This document shows positions 11,884-23,689 of a stretch of 64,000 nt of DNA, one piece after another. Origin of the DNA: Chiloscyllium plagiosum (Eukaryota); NCBI RefSeq assembly GCF_004010195.1, contig NC_057749.1, forward strand, positions 23,105,246 to 23,169,245, given 5' to 3'. How positions within the stretch are numbered: position 1 is the first letter of the stretch; each line of letters begins with the position of its first letter. A program made the position numbers and the translations under genes. The notes beneath the pieces are model-generated. The model ran no database searches. It had not been told where the DNA came from and worked only from the letters and a program-made list of their open reading frames with translations.

Positions 11884-11982
11884 TTCCCTTCTGGAAATCT
11901 TTTCCCAGACCCAAATTACTAAACATGAGACGAAATACCAACAAAGCACATGAACAGATAACAGGTGAGCTTGACATGATAA

Positions 11983-12295
11983 GGGTGGCATAGTGGCTCA
12001 GTCATTAGCACTGCTGCTTCACAGCACCAGGGGCCCGGGCTTGATTCCACTCTCGGGTGACTGCCTGTGTGGAGTTTGCACATTCTCCCTGTGTCTGTTA
12101 TCGTTCCATCTGGGTTTCCTTCTGCAGTCCAAAGATATGCAGGTTAGGTTCTGCTAAATTCCCCATAGTGTCAAGGGATGTGCAGACTAGATGGATTAGC
12201 CATGGAAAATGCAGAGTTACAGAGATGGGGTAGGGAGTTGGTGGTTCAGTGTAGACTCAAGGGACCAAACGGGCTGTTTCCACATTGTATGGAAC
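11983..12295 (+). mobile_element. HE1-like SINE
   Basis: Head GGGTGGCATAGTGGCTCAG and conserved body. Confidence 0.85.
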
Positions 12296-12484
12296 CTTTG
12301 AAAAATGAATTTTAAAAACAGGTATATGGATCAGTTTCACTTCCAAACTGTTGTTGTGGTGGAGGTTTCAGGTCGCATTGCAAGTTGAACAGACAATCTT
12401 TGAGATCCTTGATTTTGGTGTCTGTCTAAAGTTCCTTTGTCCTGATCCCTGTTGAAAATGGTTTGCAGCACAGTGTTAGAGATG

Positions 12485-12972
12485 ATTCTGTTCGCCGAGC
12501 TGGAAGTTTTTGTTGCAAACGTTTCGTCCCCTGGCTAGGCGACATCATCAGTGCTTGGGAGCCCTCAACTAGCCACGAAACGACACAACCAGCTATCCTT
12601 AGTAGCCACACACGCAGACAACAAGCAACATGAATTCGACTGGGACAACACTACTATCATAGGGCAAGCCAGACAGAGAACAGCCAGGGAATTCCTAGAG
12701 GCATGGCATTCATCCACAAACTGCATCAACAAACACATCGACCTGGACCCAATATACCAACCACTACAGCGGACAGCTGAAACTGACAACCGGAAGCGGC
12801 AGGGACAGACCACTATAAACACCGGAGGAAACATCAAAGAAGCGCTTCGCAGGAGGCTCCCAAGCACTGATGATGTCGCCTAGCCAGGGGACGAAACGTT
12901 TGCAACAAAAACTTCCAGCTCGGCGAACAGAACCACAACAACAAGCACCCGAGCTACAAATCTTCTCACAAA
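12485..12972 (+). mobile_element. 5'-truncated Penelope-like element (Poseidon type): GIY-YIG C-terminus, inverted partial pLTR, hammerhead motif
   Basis: Peptide HEFDWDNTTIIGQARQRTAREFLEAWHS...INKHIDLDPIYQPL; 78-bp perfect inverted repeat 12486-12563/12855-12932; TSD GTTAGAGATG at 12475-12484 and 12973-12982. Confidence 0.9.
12867..12900 (+). ncRNA. Minimal type I hammerhead ribozyme motif
   Basis: CTGATGA-T-GTCGCC/GGGGAC stem II-GAAAC-GTT. Confidence 0.7.
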
Positions 12973-13446
12973 GTTAGAGATGGTCTTAACCTACAACACA
13001 CTGGGGGGAGGAACCTAGGAGATAGTTCTTTTAATGTAACCCTCACGGCAAGCTAATGCTCAAACCCAGCCAAGTGCTCATGAGATAATTCACTAGTATA
13101 CTGCAGTAGAGTTGAAACTGACATTTTAACCCCTGTCCATGTGTATTTTTGGAGTCTAGAATGATTACAAAAGATTTATGCCGTGAGGGGAGAGGCAGTG
13201 AGCCTCTCCCGTGACCTTTTCAAATTTCCTTGTTTAAGGCTTCCATGGTATTCAAATAGAACTTTACCAGAAAGTCACTGAAGTCAAATCTGTGGCTTTA
13301 TTTTTTCAGTAGCAGTCCTCCCTTTAAAAACAACATATTAAGGAATTAAAAAGTAATTGATGAATACTTCAGAGTTCTGATCCATTGCCATATGTACTTG
13401 TAACGTACAAAGGCGACATGTCTCAGGTAGAGTCCTGAAGCAGTCT

Positions 13447-13992
13447 TGTGAGGGTTCAGAAAAGATTTACAAGGATGTTGTCAGGGCTGGAGGGTTTCAC
13501 AGAATCCCTACAGTGTGGAAATAAGCCTTTTGGCCCAACAAGTCAACACCAACCCTCCAAAGAGTATCCCACTCAGACTCATTCCCTACTCTATTACTCG
13601 ATATTTCCTTTAACTAATGCACCTAACATTCCTGGACACTATGGGTAACTTAGCATGGCCAATTCATCTGACCTGCACATCTTTGGACTGTGGGAGGAAA
13701 ATAGAGCACTTCCACACAGACACAGGGAGAACTTGCAAACTCCACACACACAGTCCCCCAAAGCTGGAATCAAACCCGGATTCCAGTTCTGTGATTCGAA
13801 TGAGCTGCCAGAGGAAGTAGTGAAGGCTGTTACAATTATAACATTTAAAAGGCATCTGGATGACATGAATAGGAAACATTTAGAGGGATATGGGTCAAAT
13901 GCTGATAAATGGGCTTCGATTAGGTTAGGATATCTGGTCAACTTGGACAAGTTGGAGTGAAGAGTCTGTTTCCGTGCTATACATCTCTATGA
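13447..13992 (+). mobile_element. CR1 3' fragment interrupted by a minus-strand HE1-like SINE (~13500-13790)
   Basis: RVQKRFTRMLSGLE, then SINE reverse complement, then NELPEEVVKA...FKRHLD. Confidence 0.8.
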
Positions 13993-14009
13993 ATTAAGTC
14001 AGAGAATCT

Positions 14010-14500
14010 CAGAAATGTTTAAGTGTAGAAGGAATCCAGCCAGCCTATTGTGCCAGCACTAGTTCATAAAATGTGCATCATTACATAGTGCCAATCTCCT
14101 GCTTTTTTTTCCTATATCGCTACATACCATTCTATCTCTCTCAGATCTCCCCTTAGCCTTTCTCTCTCTGAGGAGAACAATTCTAACTTCTTCAATCTAT
14201 TCTCATCATTGAAGTTCCACATACCTGGAACCATTCTTGTAAATCACTTCTACAATTTCTCCAATGCTTTCACATCCTTCCTATAGTGTGGTGCCCAGCA
14301 CTGTACAGACTACTCTAACTGAGGTCCAACAAGTGTCACATACAATTCAATATCACCTCTTTGATCTTGTACTCTATGCTCCATTAGTGAAGCTGAGGGT
14401 ACTGTATGCTTTAATTATTACTTTCTTTATCTGTCCTGCCACTTACAATGATCTCTATACATACGCACTCAGATCCCTCTGCTCCTGTATCTCTTTAGAG
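14010..14500 (-). mobile_element. Old CR1 fragment
   Basis: Reverse complement contains CTATAGGAAGGATGTGAAAGCATTGGAG and related CR1 ORF2 sequence. Confidence 0.7.
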
Positions 14501-14544
14501 TTGTTTCCACTAATTTATGTTGTCTTTTAATTAACTTCTTTTAC

Positions 14545-14948
14545 AGTTCCCAGTACAGCACAGCCCAGACCATCACGGAAACTAACCTCTCACCCATGGA
14601 CTCCATTTACAATTCTCCTTGTTGTGGAAAGGCTGCCAACATCATCAAAGCCCCATCACACCCTGGTAATGCTCTCCTACAACCTCTTCCATCAGGCAGA
14701 AGTTACAGAAGCTTGAACACATGCACCAATAAGTTCAAGAGCAGCCTCTTCCCCACCGTTAATAGACTGGTGAATAACTTCAAACTATCTTGCTAATGTT
14801 GGTCTTGCTTTGCGCACCTGAGCAGTTCTAACCTTGTCTAAGCACTCTATGATCAGTATGTGCCGATTTGCTCAGATCTGCCTGTACTGCTCACAAAATA
14901 AAACTTTTCATTGTACTTAGGTACATGTGACTACAATAAATCAAATCA
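14545..14948 (+). mobile_element. Rex1/Babar-like LINE 3' end
   Basis: KAANIIKAPSHPGNALLQPLPSGRSYRSL...FKSSLFPTVNRL motif and AATAAATCAAATCA tail. Confidence 0.75.
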
Positions 14949-15196
14949 TCTACATATGTGCATTACAATCACAGAAATTGTCTGTTTGGGCTCAAGTTAG
15001 GCAATTTGAATGTACTGCAACAAACTTACCTCAGTATGTCATTCTGCAAGAGGATTCAGTAGGATGGAAACTGAGAGCTTTACGCCACATGCCATGATAT
15101 AGTGATAACATTACAAACATGTCCATTAAAGTCATATTACATATCTGCTATGAGCCATAACACCACATTCTCCCATTTCCAAAGTAAAGAAATCCC

Positions 15197-15478
15197 ACAG
15201 TGGCTCAGTGGTTAGCACTGCTGCCTCATAGCACCAGGGTCCCAGATTCGATTCCAGCCTTGGACAACTGTGTGGAGTTTGCACATTCTCCCCGTGTCTG
15301 CGTGGGTTTCCTCCGGGTGCTTCGGTTTCCTCCCACAGTCCAAAGATGTCAGGTGCATTGGCCATGCTAACTTGTCAGAGGGGAAATGGGTCTGGATGGG
15401 TTACACTTCGGAGGGTTGGTGTGGACTGGTTGGGCTGAAGAGCCTGTTTCCACACTATAAGGAATCTAATCTAATCAA
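15197..15478 (+). mobile_element. HE1-like SINE
   Basis: A/B boxes, body, AATCTAATCTAATC tail. Confidence 0.9.
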
Positions 15479-15849
15479 ACTATTACACATTGTTGTACAT
15501 AGGCACATGTCATTACTTCAGCAGTCATGTCAATATGTAAAACAGAGTAAATGAGATTAATAATTTGAACTTTGATAACAGCTTGGAGGTTTGACAATAC
15601 ATTCTGCTGATCAGGAGAGGTGAGAGTTATTCTGACAACTTGTTTGATTTGTTACAGGTTGCTGTCCCTCAGCTTCATCCTTTAATCATCATTGTTGGAG
15701 TTATCCTCCTGTGTACGTGATTGGCCTGTAATACATTGCTCTGCATTGGCCTCTGCATTCCTTCACAATGTAGTACTGCAATTTATAATGACATTGTCCA
15801 ATCTAAGCTGGTGGTATATCTTAGGAATCTTTGTTGGTATCCAGGATTT

Positions 15850-16276
15850 GTCCGTCCTCGGCATGCTGCAATGTTCCAGTGAATCATAACACAAACTGGA
15901 TGAACAACAACGCATCGTCAGACCAGGCACTTGACGGCCTTCTGGATTTAATATGGAGTTCAAACCCTTCAGATTGTAAGCCACCTCCCATTTCTTACCT
16001 TGGTTTCAGTTTTATTTGTTACATTCTCTGTCAACATGTGTTCTCTCTCCCCTTCCCCCCCCCCCCCCCCCCCCACCCCCCAAACACCTGAGCTTTTCAG
16101 CCACCACCCACACACTCACCCCACCCTCCCCTCCACCCAACTGTAGCATAAATACTATCCCCTCCATACTTCACTTCAGCTCTGATGAAGAGTCATCTAG
16201 ATTCGAAACAGTAGCTTGCTCTCTCTCCATGGATGCTGCCTGACCCGCTGTGATCTCTAGAATTTGTTGTTTTTAG
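15850..16276 (+). mobile_element. Penelope-like (Neptune type) 3' fragment with hammerhead motif at 16182-16212
   Basis: EQQRIVRPGT*RPSGFNMEFKPFR resembles the Neptune GIY-YIG C-terminus; C-rich spacer; CTGATGA-A-GAGTC/GATTC-GAAAC. Confidence 0.75.
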
Positions 16277-16407
16277 GAACTGGATATCTGACTCACAGTC
16301 TCTGTCCAGTGACTAATTTTAGCAGATCTTTACCTGCTCATTGGCTGTGTATATTTCCCTTTCTCTTCTATGTTTGAAGAGATATTTCATTACCTTTCAT
16401 TCTTATA

Positions 16408-16750
16408 GTGGCTCAGTTAAAACACTGCTGCCTCACAGCACCAGGGACCTGGGTTCAATTCCACTCTTGGGTGACTGTCTGTGTGCAGTTTGGACATTCT
16501 CCCTGTGTCTGCATGGGTTTCCTCTGGGTCCTTTGGTTTCCTCCCACTGTCCAAACGATGTGCAGGTCAGGTGGATTGACCATGCTAAATTGCCCATAGT
16601 GTCCAGGGATGTGCAGGCTTGGTGGATTGGCCATGGGAAATGCAGGGTTCTAAGGATGGGGTGTGGGTCTGGGTGGGATGCTCTTCAAAGGGGTGTTGTG
16701 GACCCAATGGACTAAATGATCTGCTTCCACGTTGTAGAGATTCTATGATT
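16408..16750 (+). mobile_element. HE1-like SINE
   Basis: Conserved head, body and tail. Confidence 0.9.
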
Positions 16751-17500
16751 AATTTTTACCAGATGGGGAGAGGGATGGTGTTGAATCTCAAGAATGGTTA
16801 CAATGTTAAGTTCTATGCAAACTTGAAATCCTGCAACTGCTGGATCATCACTATCCATCAAATAGACAATTTCAAGAATCCAAGCTGACTGACCAAACCA
16901 ACTGACCACTGCACACAAGTAAGCTTCTTAAGGCTATAACATCTCTTTTTAGCACTTAAAACACTACACTTTCAAACAGAAAGGGTGTGTTAAATTGGTG
17001 CTATCCATCTTTAGTTTAAAGTCTAATGAAGAATTTAGCAAATAATTTGTCTTTTAAATAAAGAAAACATCTTTTAACCGCTACACCTCAACTTCTATGC
17101 CAGGAAACTGGCTGAAACTTATTTTTTGACTTTCATAACATTGATAGAAGTCTTCTTGCTTGATACATCTTGAACTATAAATAGAAATAAGATAAGTCTA
17201 CCCCCGACCCTTTAGTTTGTTTTAAGTTTAAGGGCTGGAAAACCTCCAGTGAGGATTCTTTAATAAGTAGATATTGGTGTTTGGAGCAGTACCACTGCAA
17301 TCAAATGATATATCCTGATCGCTGATAATCTTTGACTATCAGAATGTGATATTTAATGAAAAGGACATAAGTCACATAGTTCTGAAGGATTCAATTACCT
17401 TTTCTAAGAACAACTTGTACCTGCGTATGTATACTAACACACAGGCACAGTCTCGGCTCAAGTTACGCAGTTTGGATGTATTATATCATACTTCCCTCAG

Positions 17501-18474
17501 TGTGACATGCTGCAAGTGGAGTCAGTAAGACCGTGACTGAGACCTGTGTCACAAAGCTAGTTCCTTTATTTTTCTAAAAGCTGTTCCTTGGCTCAAGGAG
17601 ACTCTGTCTTTGATTTGTTTCAGAGGGGTAATAAACCAGGCCGGGCTCCGATCAGTTTGGTTTGGTACAGAGATGAAAATGTTTTTGAGAGGCCTTTTGC
17701 TTATATGTAAACAGATGAGACTTCAGGCCAAAGTGGTCATTTTTTTTTTAGAAGTGACCTCTATAAAGAGACAGGAGTAGTCAGATTAGATTACTTACAG
17801 TGTGGAAACAGGCCCTTCGGCCCAACAAGTCCACACCAACCCGCCGAAGCACAACCTACCCATTCCCCTACATTTACCCCTTTACCTAACACTACGGGCA
17901 ATTTAGCATGGCCAATTCACCTGACCTGCACATCTTTGGACTGTGGGAGGAAACCGGAGCAAACCCACGCAGACACGGGGAGAATGTGCAAACTCCACAC
18001 AGTCGCCTGAGTCGGGAATTGAACCCGGGTCTCTGGCGCTGTGAGGCAGCAGTGATAACCACTGTGCCACCGTGCCGTCCACTTAGCTCTTTAGCTAGAC
18101 TTGAGCTAAGCAGTTTTAGTTCAGTCTTGAACTGGGAAGTTCAACAGGGAGCTGTGCGAAAACTCTCTCTATTTTCTGCCCTTCAACTTCAACCTGTCAG
18201 CACGAGTTCCATTTATACTGGTTTTTAAAGGGAGTTTGCTCATTGGGACTGTTGTGTATATTTGGAACAGCATAATTCAGTCTAGTTGGATAGGTTGAGT
18301 TCTGTAGGGGGGTTCCTTATTCTGTTCTTTGTGTTTCATTGCGTGATATTGTGAATAGATTTTTGTCCGATTCACAATCTAGTAGTCCACCTAGCTAGCT
18401 TACCCTGAGTAATTTTCGCTGTACACTTACTGCCTGCTTAAGAATGTTTTGAGTGGTCTGGCCTTGATCATAAC
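17501..18474 (+). mobile_element. Probable solo LTR with a minus-strand HE1-like SINE nested at ~17783-18078
   Basis: TGTGACA...CATAACA ends; loosely resembles the inverted element at 47933-48713; no clear TSD. Confidence 0.45.
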
Positions 18475-18625
18475 ACACATATACCTTTAGTTCACAAGTG
18501 ATGATGTGGCGAAGACATGATAAGCATGCCCCTTAAAGGCATTTCACATATTAAGACTGAAATAGATAGATCCTTGATCTATTGGGAAATCAAGGGTTAT
18601 GAAGAGAAGTTAGGAAAGTAGAGCC

Positions 18626-20584
18626 ATAGAATCATAGAGATGTACAGCATGGAAACAGACCTTTCGGTCCAACCCGTCCATGCCGACCAGATATCCCAAC
18701 CCAATCTAGTCCCACCTGCCAGCACCCGGCCCATATCCCTCCAAACCCTTCCTATTCATGTACCCATCCAAATGCCTCTTAAATGTTGTAATTTTACCAG
18801 CCTCCACGACTTCCTCTGGTAGCTCATTCCATACACGTACCACCCTCTGCGCGAAAAAGTTGCCCCTTAGGTTTCTTTTATATTTTTCCCCTCTCACCCT
18901 AAACCTATGCCCTCTAGTTCTGGACTCCCTGAACCCAGGGAAAAGACCTTGCGTATTTATCCCATCCATGCCCTTCGTAATTTTATAAACCTCTATAACT
19001 TCACCCCTCAGCCTCTGACGCTCCAGAAAAAACAGCCCCAGCCTGTTCAGCCTCTCCCTATAGCTCAAATCCTCCAACCCTGGACACATCTTTGTAAATC
19101 TTTTCTGAACCCTTTCAAGTTTCACAACATCTCTCCGATAGGAAGGAGACCAGAATTGCACATAATATTCCAACAGTGGCCTAACCAATGTCCTGTACAG
19201 CCACAACATGACCTCCCAACTCCTGTACTCAATACTCTGACCAATAAAGGAAAGCATACCAAACACTTTCTTCACTATCCTATCTATGTGCGACTCCACT
19301 TTCAAGGAGCTATGAACCTGCACTCCAAGGTCTCTTTGTTCAGCAACATTCCCTAAGACCTTACCATTAAGTGTATAAGTCCTGCTAAGATTTGCTTTCC
19401 CAAAATGCAGCACCTCACATTTATCTGAACTCCATCTGCAACTTATCAACCCATTGGCCCATCTGGTCATGATCCTGTTGTATTCTGAGGTAACCCTCTT
19501 CACTATCTACTATACCTCCAATTTTGGTGTCATCTGCAAACTTACTAACTGTACCTCTTATGCTCGCATCCAAATCATTTATGTAAATGACAAAAAGTAG
19601 AGGGCCCAGCACCGATCCTTGTGACACTCCACTGGTCACAGGCCTCCAGTCTGAAAAACAACCCTCCATCACCACNNNNNNNNNNNNNNNNNNNNNNNNN
19701 NNNNNNNNNNNNNNNNNNNNNNNNNNNNNNNNNNNNNNNNNNNNNNNNNNNNNNNNNNNNNNNNNNNNNNNNNNNNNNNNNNNNNNNNNNNNNNNNNNNN
19801 NNNNNNNNNNNNNNNNNNNNNNNNNNNNNNNNNNNNNNNNNNNNNNNNNNNNNNNNNNNNNNNNNNNNNNNNNNNNNNNNNNNNNNNNNNNNNNNNNNNN
19901 NNNNNNNNNNNNNNNNNNNNNNNCACCACTGAGGTCAGGCTCACTGGTCTATAGTTCCCTGGCTTGTCTTTACTGCCCTTCTTAAACAGTGGCATCACGT
20001 TTGCCAACCTCCAGTCTTCCGGCACCTTACCTGTGACTATCGATGATACAAATATCTCAGCAAGAGGCCCAGCAATCACTTCTCTAGCTTCCCACAGAGT
20101 TCTCGGGTACTCCTGATCAGGTCCAGGGGATTTATCCACCTTTAACCATTTCAAGACATCCAGCACTTCCTCCTCTGTAATCTGGACATTTTGCAAGATG
20201 TCACCATCTATTTCCCTGCATTCTATATCTTCCATATCCTTTTCCACAGTAAATACTGATGCAAAATACTCATTTAGTACCTCCCTCATTTTCTGCAGCT
20301 CTGCACAAAAGTCGCCTTGCTGATCTTTGAGGAGCCCTATTCTCTCCCTTTTGTCCTGAATGTATTTGTAAAAAATCTTTGGATTCTCCTTAATTCTATT
20401 TGCCAAAGCTATCTCATGTCCCCTTTTTCCCGTCCTGATTTCCCTCTTAAGTGTACTCCTACTTCCTTTATACTCGTCTAAGGATTCACTCGACCTATCC
20501 TGTCTATACCTGACATATGCTTCCTTCTTTTTCTTAACCAAACCCTCAATTTCTTTAGTCTTCCAGCATTCCCTGTACCTACCA
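18626..20584 (-). mobile_element. Relatively young CR1 ORF2 (RT region and 3' end), spanning an assembly gap
   Basis: ORFs 19669-20541, 19421-19675 and 18706-19503: KSPGPD, NYRPVSLTSV, GSVLGPLLFVIYINDLD, KFADDTK, WNELP; frameshifted. Confidence 0.95.
19676..19923. other. Assembly gap (248 N)
   Basis: Run of N. Confidence 1.
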
Positions 20585-20730
20585 GAGGAAGGTCATCAAA
20601 TCAGCCATGGTTGTATTGAATGGTGGAGATGGTTTGAAGACCTGAATGGTCTACTCCTATTTCTAATGGTTGTACTCCTTACTCCCATCCCAACTAGGAC
20701 CAATCACACTGTGTGTCTCACTGCCATCTC

Positions 20731-21038
20731 GGCACTGTGGTACAGTGGTTAGCACTGCTGCCTCACAGCACCAGGATCCCAGGTTCGATTCCAGCCTCGG
20801 GTGACTGTCTGTTTGGAGTTTGCACATTCTCCCCGTGTCTCCATGGGTTTCCTCCAGGTGCTCCGGTTTCCTCCCACAATCCAAAGATGTGCAGGTTAGG
20901 TGAATTGATCATGCTAAATTGCCCTTAGTCAGGGGTGAATATGGGGAATGGGTCTGGGTGGGTTACTCTTCAGAGAGTTGGTGTGGACTTGTTGGGCTGA
21001 AGGACCTGTTTCCATAGTGTAGGGAATCTAATCTAATC
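20731..21038 (+). mobile_element. HE1-like SINE
   Basis: Full head, body and tail. Confidence 0.9.
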
Positions 21039-21524
21039 TCAATTACCACCACCACATGGCTCTCCATTCCTTGTAGAAAACCCACCACCACCTTCAAGCT
21101 AGACTAGAAACATATTTTCACTGATATTCTGACCAGTACTGCACACAGTACTCCAATTGTGGTCTTAACAATTCACTGTGAAAACTGAAGTACAACTTCC
21201 CTACACTTCCATTCAATTCGAGGAGAAAGTGAGGTCTGCAGATGCTGGAGATCAAAGTTGAAACTTTATTGCTGGAACAGCACAGCAGGTCAGGCAGCAT
21301 CCAGGGAACAGGAGATTCGACGTTTCAGGCACAGGCCCTACTTCAGGAATGAGCAGAGAGTGTTCAGCAGGAGAAGATAAAAGGTAGGGAGGAGGGACTT
21401 GGAGGAGGGGCGTTGGAAATGTGATAGGTGGAAAGAGGTCAAGGTGAGGGTGATAGGTCGGAGGAGACTAACTATCCGTGATCCCAGTCTGGTTCACTGT
21501 GATCCTGACCTAATTAAAAGGGGC

Positions 21525-22445
21525 CACTGCTGTTTGTCATTTTTATACATGACCTGGATGATGGCGTAGAAGGATGGGTTAGTAAATTTACAAATGACTC
21601 TAAGGTCGGTCGAGCTGTGGACAGTGCTGAAGGATATTGCTGCTTACAGAGGGACATAGATAAGCTGCAGAGTTGGGCTGAAAGGTGGCAAATGGAGTTT
21701 AATGCAGAAAAGTGTGAGGTGATTCATTTTGGAAGAAGTAACAGTAATACAGAGTACTGGGGTAATGGTAAGGTTCTTGCAGTGTGGATGAGCAGAAAGA
21801 TCTCCGTGTCCATGTACATAGATCCCTGAAAGTTGCCACCCAGGTTAATAGGATTGTTAAGAAGGCATATGAACCATGGGGTTATGTTGCAGCTGTAGGA
21901 AACTATGGTGTGGCCGCACTTGGAGTATTGCGTACAGTTCTGGTTACCACATTATAGGAAGGATGTGTAAGTTTTGGAAAAGATGCAGAGGAGATTTATG
22001 AGGATATTGTCTGGTATGGAAGGAAGGTCTTCTGAGGAAAGACTGAGTGACCTGAGGCTGTTTTCGTTAGAAGGAAGAGGTTGAGAGGTGACTTAATAGA
22101 GATGTGAAAGATGATCAGAGGATTAGATAGTGTTAGCAGAGAGAGACGTTTTCCTCGGATAGTGATGGCTAGCATGAGAGGACATAGCTTTAAATTGAGC
22201 GGTGATAGATATAGGACAGATGTCAGAGGGGTAGTTTCTTTACTCAGAGAGTAGTAATGGCGTGAAACTCCCTGCCTGCAACTGTAGTAGACTCACCGAC
22301 TTTAATGTCTTTTTAAATGGCCATTGGATAAACATATGGATGATAATGCAACAATGCAGGTTAGTTCAGCTTCAGGCTGGTTTCACAGGTCAGCACAACA
22401 TTGAGGGTCAGAGAGCCTGGACTGTGCTGTAATGTTCTGTGTTCT
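21525..22445 (+). mobile_element. Degenerate CR1 3' fragment inside the composite insert
   Basis: LQRDIDKLQSWAERWQMEFNAEKCEVIHFG, several stops, TGTTC tail. Confidence 0.9.
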
Positions 22446-22599
22446 TTGAAAGCAAGATAATATTTCGAGTCTGGCGATTCTTCATCAGAACTGTTAACAG
22501 CTCAGGAAAGGTGGTAATATATTGAAGTGACGTTTGTGGGAAGGGGTTGGTCTTGCACAAGGTGACTTACTTGCCGATTTACTTCCTCCAACCTCAGTA

Positions 22600-22897
22600 T
22601 CCAAGGCCTCAGGCACACCTTCCAGGTGAAGCAGCAGCTTACCTGCACTTCTCTCAACTCATTTATTTCATTCACTGCTCAGAATGTGGTCTCCTGTATA
22701 TCGGGGGAGATGAAACACAGATTTGATGACCGCTTTGCTGAACACCTACACTCTGTCTGTAAAACATGACCCAGAGTTTCCCACTGCCTCCACTTCAACA
22801 CACCACTGTGTTCCTACACCAACATTTCTGTCCCAGATCTGTTGCAGTGTTCCTTAACGCAAGTTCAAAGAACAACACTTCATTTTCCACTTGGGGA
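22600..22897 (+). pseudogene. Degenerate Penelope (Neptune) GIY-YIG endonuclease fragment
   Basis: Frameshifted TFQVKQ..TCTS..IY.IHCSECGLLYIG...RF.EHL...HFN...EQHFIFHLG. Confidence 0.8.
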
Positions 22898-22920
22898 TTC
22901 TGAACACTCTCTGCTCATTC

Positions 22921-22953
22921 CTGAAGAAGGGCCTGTGCCCGAAACGTCGAATC
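22921..22953 (+). ncRNA. Minimal type I hammerhead ribozyme motif
   Basis: attc-CTGAAGA-A-GGGC(CTGT)GCCC-GAAAC-GTC-gaat; ATTC/GAAT can close helix I. Confidence 0.75.
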
Positions 22954-23689
22954 TCCTGTTCCCTGGATGCTGCCTGACCTGCTGTGCTGTTCCAGCAATA
23001 AAGTTTCAACTTCCATTCAATTCCCCTCACAATCAGCCATAGCCATTCTATTAGCCTTCCTGATTACTCAAACTATCTGAAATTTAACTCTCTTGCAATT
23101 CATGCACCCAGATCCCTCTGCATCTCAGACCTATGCAACCTCTCACCATCGAGATAATGTACAAAGTTATTTAAAATATGCTCATTTAGTTTCACAATTA
23201 GCTTGATTATACTTTCTTCCACACATTTCCTGCAAGGACCCAATTTGGTTCCCCTAGTTCCTTTATCACAGTTGCATCTGTTGTGATATCTTCTCAGTAG
23301 TGCTTCCCATACATCTTCCCTTATTTCACCTGGGACTCCAACACATTCCAATCATCAGATCATCAACTGTCTCCATCACCTTGTCAGTAATTATAGCCTC
23401 ACCCATCCACCACCGTCTCAGAACCTCAATGCTTTTTGCTTATTATAGCCTTCCACATTTACACTCCATCGACTATTATTTCTACTGCTTTGCCACGACA
23501 AAATCCAACAGTTCCTCCGCTTTCAGCTTTCTGAAAGGGCAATTTCTACTACAAAGTCCTGGTCCATTTTTCATTTACCCCACACCCCAATATATTCTTT
23601 CATTTTCTTTAGATGCTGCAAGCTGATAAGGATTCTGATTGCAGGCTAGTAATCACAGTGGGCGTTAGAAAGGTGGGTGCACCCAAGAC

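Larger units (their letters stand above)
21220..23008 (-). mobile_element. Composite Penelope-derived insert with inverted hammerhead arms and internal CR1 and GIY-YIG fragments
   Basis: ACTTCCATTCAATTC at 21205-21219 and 23009-23023; 113-bp inverted arms 21255-21367/22900-23012; host CR1 continues on both sides. Confidence 0.8.

Noticed and set aside
18706..20541. Functional reverse transcriptase gene
   Set aside because: 5'-truncated, frameshifted CR1 copy interrupted by a gap.
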